A stretch of DNA of 64,000 bases from Antechinus flavipes (Eukaryota). The stretch lies in assembly GCF_016432865.1 (NCBI RefSeq), contig NC_067398.1, forward strand, positions 679,892,001 through 679,956,000, read 5' to 3'. The notes below the pieces were generated by a model. It saw nothing but the letters and a program-made list of their open reading frames with translations. It was not told the origin of the DNA and searched no databases. Shown here piece by piece: positions 1-13,066 of the stretch. The number at the start of each line of letters is the position of its first letter. Positions within the stretch are counted from its first letter, which is position 1. Position numbers and translations under genes: made by a program.

Positions 1-1880
1 AAGATGAGATTTATTGACTGGGGAAATCGAGGGGAAGGAGGGGAGGGAGAGAGGAGGTAGAGTGTCAAAGGAAGGAAAAAAAACAATCCTTCACAAGCTG
101 CTCTATCTTGGCTCAGAAAGGAAACTTCCTCAAGAAAATCATCTAGGCTGGTGCTGTGTCTTCAGCATTAACAGGTGGGAAGCCTGAAGGCAAATACTAC
201 TGGCACTTTGAGTCCTCCAAGAAGGATTTCTTAAGGCCCATAGCCCATTCCCAAATGGGTGGGTCACAAAAATGACAGGATAATGATTTCCAGGTCAGTC
301 TTTCAAATGGGGCCTCTCTGTTCCGAGATAAGTTTATCTCTAGGGAAAACAGTACTCTAGGAAGCAAATGGGAAATTCTCCAGGATGTCTTTCATTTCCA
401 GTTCAATGAGGTGAGGGAGCTGGACTGGACTCCACTGACTTGGCGCAGCTCTGACCCATCCTCTGATTCCCAAGTTTTCTCACTTGTCAAGGCTTCTCTT
501 TGCATAACTATGTATAAATTAAAGGGAAAGAGTTTCTGCTCACTGAGGCATCTGGGGAAGTCTGGATATCACAGAGGCCAGACACATTGCCTCCATTAAT
601 AAATGTTCATTGAACTGGTAGCATTAAAGACAAGACGCCTCTTACAAATAAGGAAAAGTTCACGGAAGGAAAGTCTGAGGTTGTTTCAAGTGCTGTTCCT
701 CTTCGCACTTTGTGGTCACTATTCACTCTTTGTCCTGCTATTTTAGGATAAACGCCAAGTGCTTTTCTCTTGGTCTTTCTTCTCTTCCACACCACCTTCA
801 ATGCTCTGCCTTTATCCTACTACTAGAACATCACTAGAAACCAGCCCTACTCCTGCCCATACTATTCGTACTAGGGCCTGGAGATCATCACCACCTTGTC
901 ACTGGAACTCGTGGCTGGCCTTGGGAGCAAGAGGGGAAAGAAAGAGGCCCAGAATATTATCCACAGTCAGAAAGGACCTGAAAGAGCCTTTATTTTAAAT
1001 CCCATGTTTCACTGCTCCCTAAAATGCGGGGAGGGCACAGGTCAAACCACAGAAAAAGAGATGTGAGGTACACCTTCTGCCCTTTCAGACTCACCCCATA
1101 TCCTAAGTCAAGGAGCCTAGCGATGAGGAAACTGGCAAAGGGTGGACCTACTGCCACAGCTGTCAGGGGACTTTTCAAATGAAGTGAGTCCAAGAGTAGG
1201 AGAGCACTGGGGCTGAAAAGTACTTAGAATGCCTCCTGTCCTCGGGAAGAAACCACACTAGCTTAGACTCTGGCTTCCTGACTCAATTTGGCCTGCCCAA
1301 TTGTAAAGGACAGCCAGAAAAAAGCTCAAAGGACTGGAGAACTCGAAACAGAATCCCCACCAACTTCTTCCAAATGGTTTTATTCATCCTTGCTAATAAG
1401 GAAAAAAAGGCTTACTGCTGACTTACTGCCGGCTCTTATCACTTCATCTCTAGACTGTTCCAATGGTCAGCCAGTTGGTTTTCCTGCTTCAAGTCTTTCT
1501 TCACACCAAACCATCTTCAACTCAGCTGACCAAGTGATTTTCCTTTAGGGAAGGTCTGCTTACAGACCAGTCTTCCATTCGATACACTTCCAGGGCTCCC
1601 CATTGCCCTCAGGATAAACTATAAGCTGAGTTTAAAGGCCCTTGATGATCAGAGTCCTTCTTACTTTTCCAGTCTTTTTACACACCTTACACCTTCCCTG
1701 TACTCTAATCCAGTGACCAGCCTTTTTTCTCTTCCTTGTATAAGGTCCTTCAGATCTCCCAACCCTGTGCCTTTTATAATAATGATCGCAATAACTAGAA
1801 TTTACATAGCACTTTAAAGTTTGCAAAATAATTTACAAATATCTCATTTTATTCTCATCCAAAACCCTGGAAGTAGGTGG

Positions 1881-2000
1881 TTATTATTCCCATTGTACAG
1901 ATGAACAAAATGAGGCAGAAAGATTCGATGCCTTGCCCAGAGTCACACAGCTGTAAGGGTGGATTTGAACTTGGTCTTCCTGTCTTTGGATCCAGGGCTC
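1881..2000 (-). mobile_element. MIR/CORE-SINE fragment in MAP2K7 intron
   Basis: attcccattgtacagatgaacaaaatgaggcaga...ttgcccagagtcacacagct...atttgaac matches the reverse MIR core. Confidence 0.7.
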
Positions 2001-2759
2001 TACATGGCATCTCCCATCTGCCTTTTCAGTGGCTTTCCCCCAGGCATGGAACGCTTTTCTTCCTCACTTCTTCCTCCTTGATTTCTTCAAAGTTTAGCTT
2101 GAATCCTATGTTCTCCAATAAGTTTTCCCCTGTCCTCCTTAATGCCAGGGATTTCCCTCTGAGCTTATCTCTAACTCATCCTGCCACATAGAAGGTGTTG
2201 ATAAATGCTTGTTGACTTGACAGAGAGGATGGGGTGGAGAGATAGGGAGGCATCCATTACTTTCTACACTAATTAGTGGAATCTATTTGGAGGCCAGGTT
2301 TTAGGAGGATGATGCTGTGACTATTCTGCTCTATTTCACCCAGCTGTATATAAACTGGACCCCAGGGGGCCAGAAGGCAAGATGGGGGAGCTGGTCAACT
2401 GGGTCAGTTGAAAGACAGGCGAAATATCAGAGTAGTTATTATATATGAATCAATCTAAGGATGAAACAGGACTGGAATCACCAGGCTTAGGGAGCATAGA
2501 ACATCCAACCTGCTCCCCCAAATCAGATGGTGACTCCGGGGCAAGAAGCAATGAAAACTGAGGAGGAAGGTCTTACTCTTGGCAAGTGCTGACTCAGGGG
2601 AAAAACTTGGATGGCAAAGCACAGGAATAGAATAGTAGATACTAAATTTCTAGATTCAACCTCAAACACTGTTTGGGCTAAGGCCCCAAGAACAATAAGT
2701 AGTAGAAACAGATCGTACAAAACTAATTAGGAACTGATGTTGAGAGAAATAATCAGAAT

Positions 2760-2778
2760 ACACACACACACACACACA
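2760..2778. repeat. (CA)n/(TG)n microsatellite downstream of the MAP2K7 cassette exon
   Basis: acacacacacacacacaca; reads (UG)n on the MAP2K7 pre-mRNA. Confidence 0.9.
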
Positions 2779-3131
2779 ATCAGATAAAGCCAATCAGCAA
2801 GAAGCACATACAACTTATCCCACCACAGCCAAAGAATAAGACAGACGTACTCCTTTGGATACAAAGAGATTCATCCACACACTGCACTCAGACAATTTCA
2901 AAACTCAAAGGCTGAGAGAGCCTACACATCACTCTACAAAGAAAGGCATGGTGAACAGGACAAAGAGGAGGACAGAAAGAGAGAGTGCTCCAGGAACAGG
3001 TAGACAGAGGTAGAGAAAGAGAAAGAATCAGACAGGGATAACTGAACACACAGCAGTTCTATGCGGGCTGAAGGCAGCAAGTTAAGTCAATGATGCAGAA
3101 GTCCAAGCGGTGATGATAAAAAGGCTGGTAC

Positions 3132-4619
3132 CTGCTCGTTGGGACGGGGCAGGAGCAGGGCTTAGAGTGATCACAATAACTGGATGGGGAAAAGGAAGAA
3201 AAAAAAAAAACAACACCACAATAAATAACAGAAACTATCAATTGATCCAAAGGAAAGAAATAAAATCATAACAAAGAAGAAAGGGGAAGGGGAGGCACCA
3301 AATCAATTCGAAGGGAAAAGATGAGGAGAAAACCAACAGAGATGGGAAAATGGGATGGAACCAACAATGAATGCACACATCTGAAGGAGGGACCCCTCCC
3401 TCAATAGTCCTCTCTTTCTGATTAAAGGGCACTGGTCCCATCCCTCTTCAAACCCAATTTTACTTCCTGGCAGTTTGTGGCTGATCCAGGCACAAACAAA
3501 AACCCAAATAGCAGCCCAGGGCAAATGATAACACTGGACCATCTGGAAACCAGTCCGGATGGTCTCCGATCTCCTGTCCCCAAAAGAACCAGGTGAGGGA
3601 CTCAGGCGCTCCCAATTAGAAAGGAGAGGAGAGGCAAGGATGGGAAGACCAGAATCCCAGATCTGTTGGGGGGCAGGGGTGGCGGAGGCTGGGGGAGTTT
3701 AGGCAGCAACTGGGAGAGAACACCCGGGTTTCCAGAGCCAGGCTTTCCTGACCTGGCTGGAAGAGGAATCCCGCACTTCCAAAAAGGAGATCTCCCCTGT
3801 CCCTGCAAAATTCTGGGGGTCTCCTCCCTTAAGGCTATCGCTGAAATTAAAGATTGCTGAAATTCCTATAGAAGGAAAATCCTTTGCTCGCTCGTTCCCT
3901 CCTCCAAAAACTAGGAGTCAACTTAGTGCGGGGTCTGGGGGATGCTACTCCCCGAAAACTGGACAGAAGGGCATGCTATTTATTGATAAACGCTTGGAAG
4001 CGGAACGGGAAGAGAGGGGGAACCAAAGATGTCACCCCCTAACTCCTCAGGGCTGGAGAACGGAGAGAGCTTAGTCTCCTTCCCACCATGGTCCTAAGTT
4101 TGGAGAGGAAGAGTTTAGGAAAGGGGGAAGGGGGCTGGTAGGATTCCTCCCTCCTTAAGGGCTAAGGAGGAGGAAGGAAGAAAGAGAAGGGAGGTGAGGA
4201 GTCAGGGGAAGGGCTCAGGGGAGTTCCTTGCCCCCCTTCGGGTCAGAAAGGAGGGGACCGGAAGTCTTCCCCCTCCCCCAGGCTTGGAGTACAGCCCTGG
4301 GTCAGGGTGACCCTCTCTCCCCATGGCCAACGGAGGGAGGGGGAGTCTCGGGAGAGAGAGGAACCTGGAGGGGTAAGCCGAGGGGTTCCGGAAGTCAGGG
4401 GCGGAGTTTCGGGTCAGGGGCGGGGCATCTCATCCTGACGCCCCGCCCACCTCCCCTCCCCCTTCTTCCCCTCCCCCCCTTGCAGACTTCCTTACTCGGC
4501 CTGGGCCGCTGCGGGCTGATCTCCAGGTTGAGGTCGATCCTCCGCCGGGCCTCGCGGTTCTCTTGCTTCAGCTTCGCCTCCAGGCGGGACAGTTTCTGCT
4601 CCAGGGAGGACGCCGCCAT
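3132..4619 (-). CDS. MAP2K7: MAP2K7 (MKK7), 5' partial: coding exon 1 (4619-4496, 124 nt) and alternative cassette exon 2 (3179-3132, 48 nt); later exons not found in the window (gene continues past position 1)
   Basis: Exon 1 reads MAASSLEQKLSRLEAKLKQENREARRRIDLNLEISPQRPRP with phase-1 donor A|GTAAGG. The cassette exon reads (I)IVITLSPAPAPSQRA with acceptor ttccccatccag| and donor G|GTACCA, matching the MKK7-gamma insert. Synteny with LRRC8E. Confidence 0.97.
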
Positions 4620-5300
4620 CTTCCCCGCCGCCACCGCCACCGCCGCCGCGCACCTCCCGCCCGTCCGACCCTCAGACAAACACCGCACTGCGCTTGCGCT
4701 GGGATGACCCCACCAGGCCTCCGTCCCACACCGAAGTGCGCATGTCTTTATCTGTCACTGCCCGCCCTTCCCTTTCGGAACACACTGCACCTGCGCTTTC
4801 TGCTTTTTTCCCGCCCCTGTCCTCCCTTCTCGTTCCCCAAAGGCCAACGGTGCGCAAGCGTGGCAGGAAGGCTCGCTCCACCAAGGGATCGCCTCCGGCC
4901 ACGGAGAGCAATTCGTACTACGCCTGCGCGGGGACGCCCATGACCTATCAAAGGGGAGGAACCTTATAGCTACGGGGATAGGTTTCTGGCCCAGAGCGGG
5001 AAGGATGTCCGGGCGCAAGTGTACGCTGGCTTGGCCGTGAAGGAAAAGGGGGACTCCGTGGCGCGTGCGCGCAGGGGGGCGGTGCCGGCTTCTTCCGGTC
5101 GCGCACTTAACGGTCATTTCCAGTTGTTGCTGGGAGTCATTTGGGGTTTCCTCGAGACTTGAGGTGCAGAAAAATGAGACCTTTGGCTCAATAATTTCTG
5201 TAAGAGCCTCGACGAGGCTGGGGGACGAAGCCTGAGCCGGAGACTTCCCTCAAGTCCGGCGAATTCACCTTCCCCTGCGCTCTTGCCTAGGCTAGCATTC
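4230..5300 (-). promoter_or_regulatory. MAP2K7 CpG-island promoter / first-exon region
   Basis: Dense CpG. YY1 motif AAGATGGCGGC overlaps the ATG (4612-4622). NRF1-like TGCGCATG (4737-4744) and GCGCGTGCGC (5061-5070). ETS/GABP CCGGAAG at 4258, 4388 and 5092-5098. Confidence 0.85.
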
Positions 5301-5559
5301 CCTCGGGCGATATTTTTATTGTCCCTAATTAATAGTTGGAGTGCTAGATTACTCCGCTAATTGAGACCCAAAGCAACGCCCTACCCTCATTGGGACCTTT
5401 AAGGGATCGAGATTATAGTAGCGTTCACTGAGCTTTAGTCAGTTATTATCGAAACGAATGTTGGCTAAGAATGAGAACTGTCTAGATGGAACCGAGCAGA
5501 CTGACACGCGCAGAAATGTGACCGGAGCTACCGTGAGCTTGAGGATGTAAACTTTGGGG

Positions 5560-6775
5560 ATAAAGAGCTTGATCAAAACTGTTGGGGGAAACTGGAAGGC
5601 AATCTACCAGAAATTGAGCATGGATTTACGCCAATTATCAAGATGAGGTCAAAAGGGACACTTGAAAGATATAAAGGGAGTTGTCAGTAAATTAAGAACG
5701 TGGAGCATATCAGACTTACGGATTGGAGAATTTGTGAATAAACGAGAGGTATAAAATGGATAATTTTGATTACGTTAAGTTAAAAAGAAGCTACAAATGT
5801 AACCAAAATGAGGGAGAAAATTGAGACAATTTATAGACAGTTTCTCAGATAAAATTGTCATATCTCAAACATATAGAGAACTTTGTCAAACATAAGAATA
5901 TGAGTCATTTCTCTCTTGATAGTCAAACAATATGGACTGTGTTTTGGTTTTTGTTTGGGAGGCAGTCAGCTAAGTGACTTTCTTGGGGTCACACACAAGT
6001 GTTATAGGCCAAATTTTACTCTGGGCCTAGTACTCTTATTAATTGTACCATCTACTTGTCCCAAAAGGTGGATTTTCCATGAAGAAAGCAAAGCTATATA
6101 TAATCATATGAAAAAAAATGCTCTAAATTATTATTGATTAGAGAAATACAGATTCAAACAACTTAGAAATCATGCCATGTCTTATCAGATTGGCTAAAGG
6201 GAAATCAGATGTCTAAGGGGATGTGGAAAATTGGGATGGGAATTGTGAACTGATCCAAGCATTTTGGAGAACAATCTGGAATTATGCCCCCAAAATTAGA
6301 AAACTGTGTGTTTGACCCCGCAATACCACTCTTAGAGGTCTGTTTCCCAAAAAAAAAAAAAAAAAATCAGGGAAAAGAAAAAGAGCCTGTAATATGTAAA
6401 GCAAAAAGTTGGAAATTGAAGGGATGCCTATTAGTTGGGGAATAGCTAAACAATTTGGAGTTATGATTGTGATAGAATATGACTGCTGTAAGAAATGATG
6501 AGCTGGTTGATTGCATGAAAGAAATAATAGTCAAATGAGCAGAATCAAGAAAACGTATACAGCAATATTATTCAAAGAATAATTGTGGAAAACAAATCAG
6601 CTACAAAAGACCTATGAAAGAAGATGCAGTCTACCTTCAGAGAAAGAACATGGTATGGCTTTACACATATAAATAGGTGTCAAATGGTATCCTTTACTGT
6701 GTTGTGGAGGGGTTAGGGATGAGACAATTCAGAACTTAAAATGTCAACCCCCCTCCAAAAAAATGATTTTTTAAA
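5560..6775 (+). mobile_element. Old, decayed L1 3' fragment
   Basis: Degraded ORF2-end motifs (ttggctaa, ggaaaattggg...ttgtgaactgatccaagcattttggagaacaatctggaattatgccc) and an L1 3'UTR-like G-rich end. Confidence 0.7.
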
Positions 6776-7069
6776 AAGCTATTGCAGGCTACTTTACTCT
6801 CTATTCTATCTCTGGTTCTAGGATCTGTGTAGTTTTTAAGAGGCAAATGATGGTGCTCAATGAACCCTTAAACTGGGTTCTAAACTGATTCCTCACTGCT
6901 GCTTGGCAATCCTTCTACATTTTCCTAATCATTTATCTATCCCATACTATCCCATTTAATCACATGAATTCTTCCAAACATTTCATCTTTTTAACCTCTC
7001 ATGCATGGTCCCCCACCTACCTCCATCCTCTCAGCTTTGCCTCATATTTTATTGAAAAATTGAAGCTTA

Positions 7070-7257
7070 GGGCAGCTAGTTGGTGCAGTGGATAGAGCAC
7101 CAGTCCTGAAGTCAGGAGCACCCGAGTTCAAATCTGGTCTCAGATACTTAACACTTCCTAACTATGTGACCCTCAGCAAATCACTTAACCCCCAATTGGC
7201 TCCCCATCCCCACCCCCACACCCCCCCCCCCCCGCAAAAGAAAAAAGAAAAAAAAAT
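7070..7257 (+). mobile_element. Marsupial CORE-SINE (WSINE1/MAR1-like) inserted in an L2
   Basis: ggcagctagttggtgcagtggatagagcacc...gagttcaaatc...gtgaccctcagcaaatcacttaacc plus A tail; probable TSD aaaattgaagc/aaaatcgaggc. Confidence 0.85.
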
Positions 7258-7259
7258 CG

Positions 7260-9000
7260 AGGCCATTTGCAAGAACTCCCTTCTCATATCACTTAGATGT
7301 CTTCTGCTTTCTGCTACTTCACCCATCTTACACAAAGAAAATGCCCTTCTTGCCAAGATAAACCTATCTACCTATACCTACTTACACAAGTAATTCTGTT
7401 TCCATTCCATTAAATTTTAACAAACTTCCTCTATCCTCATTATCTTACCTTGTATCTTTCCCTCAGTCAATCACCCATTAATGCCTATAATGTGCCAGGC
7501 CCTCTGCTAATCAGTGGGAATACAAAAAGAGGCAATACCACCCTAGAGCTTCTCATAGGAGAGACAAATACACTCTATTGGCTCCTTCCCCAACTATCTA
7601 CAAACAAGTCCACCTCTATCACGCAGAACCCTTCACTGATGCCTCACCCACCTCCCTTTCCTCAATTCCTCCTCCTCACCCTTGTAGACTTCCTTACTTG
7701 ATCTGGGCTACTATGGGCTGGTCTCCAGGTTGGGATTCATCCTCTGCTGGCCCTAGTGGTTCTTGTGCTTCTGCTTTGCCTCCAGGCAGAATAGCTTTTG
7801 CCCTAGGGAGGACACTGCCATCTTCCCCACCACTCTGTCACTATTGTCCCACATCTCTCTTGTGGCCAAATTCCTTGAGAAGGCCCACTATGAGGAATAC
7901 TTACACCATCTCTTTTGGTACTCTTCAATCTATATTCTGAACTCATCATTCCACTGAATACCCTCTCCAAAATTACCAAAGATCTCAATCATCCAATCCA
8001 ATGACATTTTCTCATTCTTTTTGAACTCTGCAGTCTTTGACACTGTTGAGAATCTTCTCCTTGATTCTATGTTTTTCTGGACACTTCATTCTCTGGTTCT
8101 CCTCCCTGACCACTTTTCAGTCTCCTTTGCTGCATGATCTTTTGGGTCATACCCACTAATCATGAATGTCCCACAAAGCTCTCTTGGAACCTCTTCTCCC
8201 TCTATTTTACTTTGTAATCTCATCAACTCTCAGGGATTCAATTAGAGAATAGTTCTCAAATCTGCCTATCTAGTCTAACCTTTCTGCTGACCTCTAGTCT
8301 CACATCTTCAATTGCCTATCAACCGACTCTCCAAGTAGAAGTCCTTTAGCTATCTCAAGCACAACATGTCCCAAATGGAATTATTTTTTCCCAAATCCTC
8401 CCCTTTTCCACACTTCCCTATTAGCATTGATAGCATCATGTTTCAGTCCCTCAGACTGGCAACCTAGATATCCTTGACTCTTCACTACCCGTCCCTCCAA
8501 TATCTGATCTATTGGCAAAGCTTTTGCAACATATCTTAAATACATCTGATACTGCCATCCCCTCCCTCCATCCACTCCCATTTCACACCTGAACTATTGC
8601 AATGGGTTGCTGATCAGTCTTGCCACAAATTTTTCCCCACTCCAATCTGGCCTTCAGCCGCAAAAGCAATTTTTCTAAAGTTCAGGTCCTACCATGTCAC
8701 CCCTTCCACCCCACTCCTGGCAATCCCCAACTCAGTAATGCCAGAGGTTCCCTATCACCTGTTTTTGATCTGAGATCAAATACAAAACCCACAGTTTGGT
8801 GTTCAAAGATTTCCATTACCTAGTTACCCACATACATGTTCTCAATTTTCTTTTACCTTACACCTTCCCAACACTTATGTGCTTAGAGAAAATAGCCTCT
8901 TTGCTGTTACTTAAACAAGACACTCCATCTTTTGGCCCCAGGAATTTTTCTGCCTGTCCTCTATACCTGTAATGCTCTCCCTTTACTCTCTTCTACCAGA
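7260..9000 (+). mobile_element. Decayed L2 LINE tract, interrupted by the MAP2K7 exon-1 copy
   Basis: L2-type motifs: ctgcagtctttgacactgttga, ctcaagcacaacatgtcccaaatggaa, agtccctcagact...cctagatatccttgactcttc, caatgggttgctg. Confidence 0.65.
7630..7850 (-). pseudogene. Decayed partial duplicate of MAP2K7 exon 1 plus the start of intron 1
   Basis: 7821-7698 aligns without gaps to 4619-4496: 94/124 identical by hand count, three in-frame TAG stops, GTAAGG donor and flanking intron retained. Confidence 0.92.
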
Positions 9001-9651
9001 CAACCAAATAAATTTCTAAAACTGTCAGATTTCGGGGTTCATGCTTGCAAATGATAATTCTGGTGTTCAGAACTGTCATTTCCTTAGTGGTAACCCTGAA
9101 TAGACCTGAAAGCTTTCTGAAAACAGAAGCTAAGACATCTCTGTGATTTTAAGATTAAGCACGGACAGGACCCACCCAATACACCAGATCAAACACAATG
9201 AATTTTAAGTTCCTATCAAACAACTGTCTAGACCCTGACTCCAGGTGTCCAGAAAATTAAGGAGCTGTATTTGGCTTTAGCCTCAGGATATAACTCAGGT
9301 GAGGTTAGAATTAGCCTAGGCTACCCTTATCTGCAAAATAAATAATCTCCTTGGTTTGATTATCCAAGGTCTCGATAAGCAGCTGCTAAAATAAATAAAA
9401 ATCTGGTTAAATTTAAATTGGTAGAACTTTTTCTTTCTCTTTTAATTTCTCTTCCTGTCTTCTTCATTCTTCTGAATACCTGGTCGGTGACTGACCAATA
9501 TGCCTTGATATCATGGGGAACAATATGATCCAGGCCTCAAAAGCAATGACCATCAGTTCAACCCCATGGCCTAATATGAAGATACCAGAATCGTTTTTAT
9601 CAAATACCTGTGTCTAGTCCTGATTAGATGATTGAAAAGACCTTGGGTTAG

Positions 9652-10313
9652 ATCTAGTAGTGTTACCACTGGGTCTGTATCTCAGAGATCATGAAAGAGG
9701 AAAAAGAACTCATATGTGCAAAAATATTTGTAGCAGCCCTTTTTGTAGTGGCAAGGAACTGGAAATTGAGTGAATACTCGTCAATTGGGAATGGCTGAAT
9801 AAATTATGGTATATGAATGTAATGGAATATTATTGTTCAGTAAGAAATGATCAGTAGGCTGATTTTAGAAAAGCCTGGAAAGACTTACATGAACTGATGC
9901 TTAGTGAACTGAGCAGAACCAGGAAAAATTTTACACAGTAATAAGTTATGTGGTGATCAACTGTGATGGACTAGGCTGTTCTCAACACTGTGGTAATTAG
10001 AGGCAATTCCAATAAATTTAGGATGGAAAGAATCATCTGCATCCAGACAACTATGGAGACTGAATATGGGTCAAAGCATAGTATTTTCATCTTTTTTGGT
10101 TTGTTTTTTTGTTTCCTTTTTGATCTTACTTTTCTTGCACAACATGATAAATGGAAATATGTTTAAAAGAATTGCACATGTTCAACCTATGTTGGATTAC
10201 TTCCTATCTTGGGAGGAGGAAAGGGAAAGGAGGGAAGGAAAAAAAATCTGGAACACAAATTCCTACAAAAATTAATGTTGAAAACTATCTTTACATGTAT
10301 TTGAAAAAATTTT
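9652..10313 (+). mobile_element. 5'-truncated L1 (3' end)
   Basis: L1 ORF2-end/3'UTR motifs; TSD aaagaccttgggttag (9636-9651) / aaagaccttaagttag (10314-10329). Confidence 0.88.
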
Positions 10314-10965
10314 AAAGACCTTAAGTTAGTGAAGAATACAAGATTTGGTAGGTAGTGAGGTGAACTTTGATTCCACTTTAGAAGTTATCTAGTGCTTACA
10401 AATTTTGTTTACCTTGGAGAATATAGTGATATTTTGCTATTTGAAGTAAAATCTTTTGGGATTATAATTTGATGATGTTCTACATTTTGATTTCAGGTAT
10501 TGTCTGGATTATCATTAAGCCCCTAGTGTTCAGGGGAAATGTCATTCACTGCTCAAAGGAAGCATAGAGTCTGAGAACTGCTTTTTGTGCCTGAGAAAAT
10601 TGAAGAGACAACTTTTTATAGACAAAATAAGATTCCTTGACTCAATTTCCCCATTTTGCTATTTCCTTTTTGAACAAGAAATTTTCCTACCTGGTTAATT
10701 CTGAGCAAATTTCTATAATCAGGGCAGGTGAATTGTAAAAGATTTTGTTGTTACAATACTAAAACATCTTTGAGTTACCATAATATAATGCAAATATGAA
10801 AGATGTTACTGTTATAAATCTGAATTTGTGTTCAACTCTATTCCTGAGCAGCTAGGCAAATAAGTTCTTACACTTACTATTCACTTACTAATAGTTATAA
10901 TATTCACATATAAGATTAAGTCCTTAAAGTATCTCATTCTTATATATTCTCAAAAGAGAGGGATA

Positions 10966-11882
10966 ACTACACACCTGTCAGATTGGCTAGAATGACAGGG
11001 AAAGATAATGCGGAATATCGGAGGGGATGTGGGAAAACAGAGGCACTAATACATTGTTGGTGGAATTGTGAATACATCCAACCATTCTGGAGAGCAATTT
11101 GGAACTATGCTCAAAAAGTTATCAAACTTTGATCCAGCAGTGTTACTACTGGGCTTACATCCCAAAGAGATACTAAAGAAGGAAAAGGGACCTGTCTGTG
11201 CAAGAATGTATATGGCAGCCCTCTTTGTAGTGGCCAGAAACTGGAAACTGAGTAGATACCCATCAATTGGAGAATGGCTGAATAAATTGTGGTATATGAA
11301 TATTATGGAATATTATTGTTCGGTAAGAAATGACCAACAGGAGACCTGGAGAGACTTACATGAACTGATGTTGAGTGAAATGAGCAGGACCAGGAGATCA
11401 TTATATACTTCAACAACAATACTATATGATGATCAATTCTAATGGACATGGCCCTCTTCAGCAATGAAATGAACCAAATCAGTTCCAATAGAGCAGTAAT
11501 GAACTGAACCGGCTACACCCAGCGAAAGAACTCTGGGAGATGACTAAGAACCATTATATAGAATTCCCAATCCCTCTATTTTTATCCGCCTGCATTTTTG
11601 ATTTCCTTCACAGGCTAACTGCACTATTTCAGAGTCTGATTCTTTTTGTAAAGCAAAATAATGTTTTGGACATGTATACTTATTCTGTATTTATACTTTA
11701 TACTTTAACATATTTAATTTATGCTTTAACATATTTAATAGGTGTTGGTCATCCTGCCATCTGGGGGGTGGGGGGTGGGGGGAAGGAGGGGAAGAATTGG
11801 AACAAAATGTTTGGCAATTGTCAATGCTATAAAATTACCCATGCATATAATTTGTAAATAAAATGCTATTAATAAAAAAAAA
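10966..11882 (+). mobile_element. 5'-truncated L1 (ORF2 C-terminus plus 3'UTR)
   Basis: ORF 11068-11442 contains L1 ORF2 C-terminal motifs (FDPAVLLLGLHPKE, KLWYMNIMEYY, WRDLHELMLSE); poly(A) tail; TSD gagagggata (10956-10965 / 11895-11904). Confidence 0.93.
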
Positions 11883-12535
11883 GAGAGAGAGAGAGAGAGG
11901 GATAGGATAAAGATGTAAAAGTTTTAAATTTATTGAAGTAGTAAACTTCACTTTGAGAAACTAACAAGATATGATTGCTTTCCAAATGACATATACAGGC
12001 TTTGAGCATGTTTTAGAAATAAGTTCTCAATACAGAATTAAGGATTTTACCTATAAAATTTCATTAATAATTGTAAAAAATTTTTAAATCATGTATTTTT
12101 TTCCAATTTTGATGTCTCTGATATTAAAAACAAAACAAAACAGAAAGGCTTACTTTACAATTGAGGGTTCAAGCTAGAGCAAGTAAAATTCTCTGAAGTT
12201 TCAGGTAAATTATGAGTTTCTAATTTGATATTATTCTTATAACACTGTTGTTAATAGAATTGACTCTATAAGATTTGAACTGCTTTTAAATACTGGAAAG
12301 CCATATTTACAAAATTTTCTTAAGCCTTTATTCCTAACATATTTTAGCCATATTATAGGGAATCTGCAAGACACTTTGTACTAGACAAGCAAGTCTGCTG
12401 AAGGAATCTCTCATTGATATCCTGAGAATGATGCCTATTCCAGAATTTTCAAGGGAAGATGTTTTTAGGAATCAGATGTTTGGTTGAGATGTCTAGGACT
12501 CAAGTTGAAAAATACTGAATAAATGGAGATTAAAT

Positions 12536-12660
12536 GGGATAGCTAGGTACAGTGAAAAGAGCATAGGCCCTGGAGTCAGGAGGAGCAGAGTTCAAAACTA
12601 GCCTCAGACACTTGACACCTACCAGCTATATGAGCTTGGGCAAGTCACTTAACTCCAATT
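12536..12660 (+). mobile_element. CORE-SINE
   Basis: gatagctaggtacagtgaaaagagc...ggagtcaggag...cttgggcaagtcacttaac. Confidence 0.8.
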
Positions 12661-12729
12661 TGTGGGGGGTGGGGAGACACCAAGAGTGGATTACCAGAAA
12701 CAAGAAGACTTGATATTAATGTTGATGAT

Positions 12730-13066
12730 CATCAGTGATGAACAGAATCAGCTACACCCAGGGAAAGAATACTGGGAAACAAGTGTGGACTATTTGCATT
12801 TTTTTCTTCCCAGGTTATTTTTACTTTTCTAAATCTGATTTTTCTTATGCAACAAGAGAACTGTATAAATATGTACACATATATTGTATTTAACATGTTT
12901 AACATGTATGAGACTGCCTGCCCCTAGGGGAGGGGGTGGAGGGAAGGAACGGAAAAGTTGGAACAGAAGTGTTTGCAAGGATCAATGTTGAAAAATTACC
13001 CATGCATATGTTCTATCAATAAAAAGCTATAATTTTAAAAAAGAGAGGAAAAAAAGAAAAAAAAAA
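12730..13066 (+). mobile_element. Short L1 3' end
   Basis: gaacagaatcagctacacccaggga...aaaattacccatgcatatgttctatcaataaaaagc plus A tail; same type as the copy at 19555. Confidence 0.85.

Noticed and set aside
7070-7140. tRNA-like A/B boxes
   Set aside because: They are the heads of tRNA-derived SINEs, not tRNA genes.
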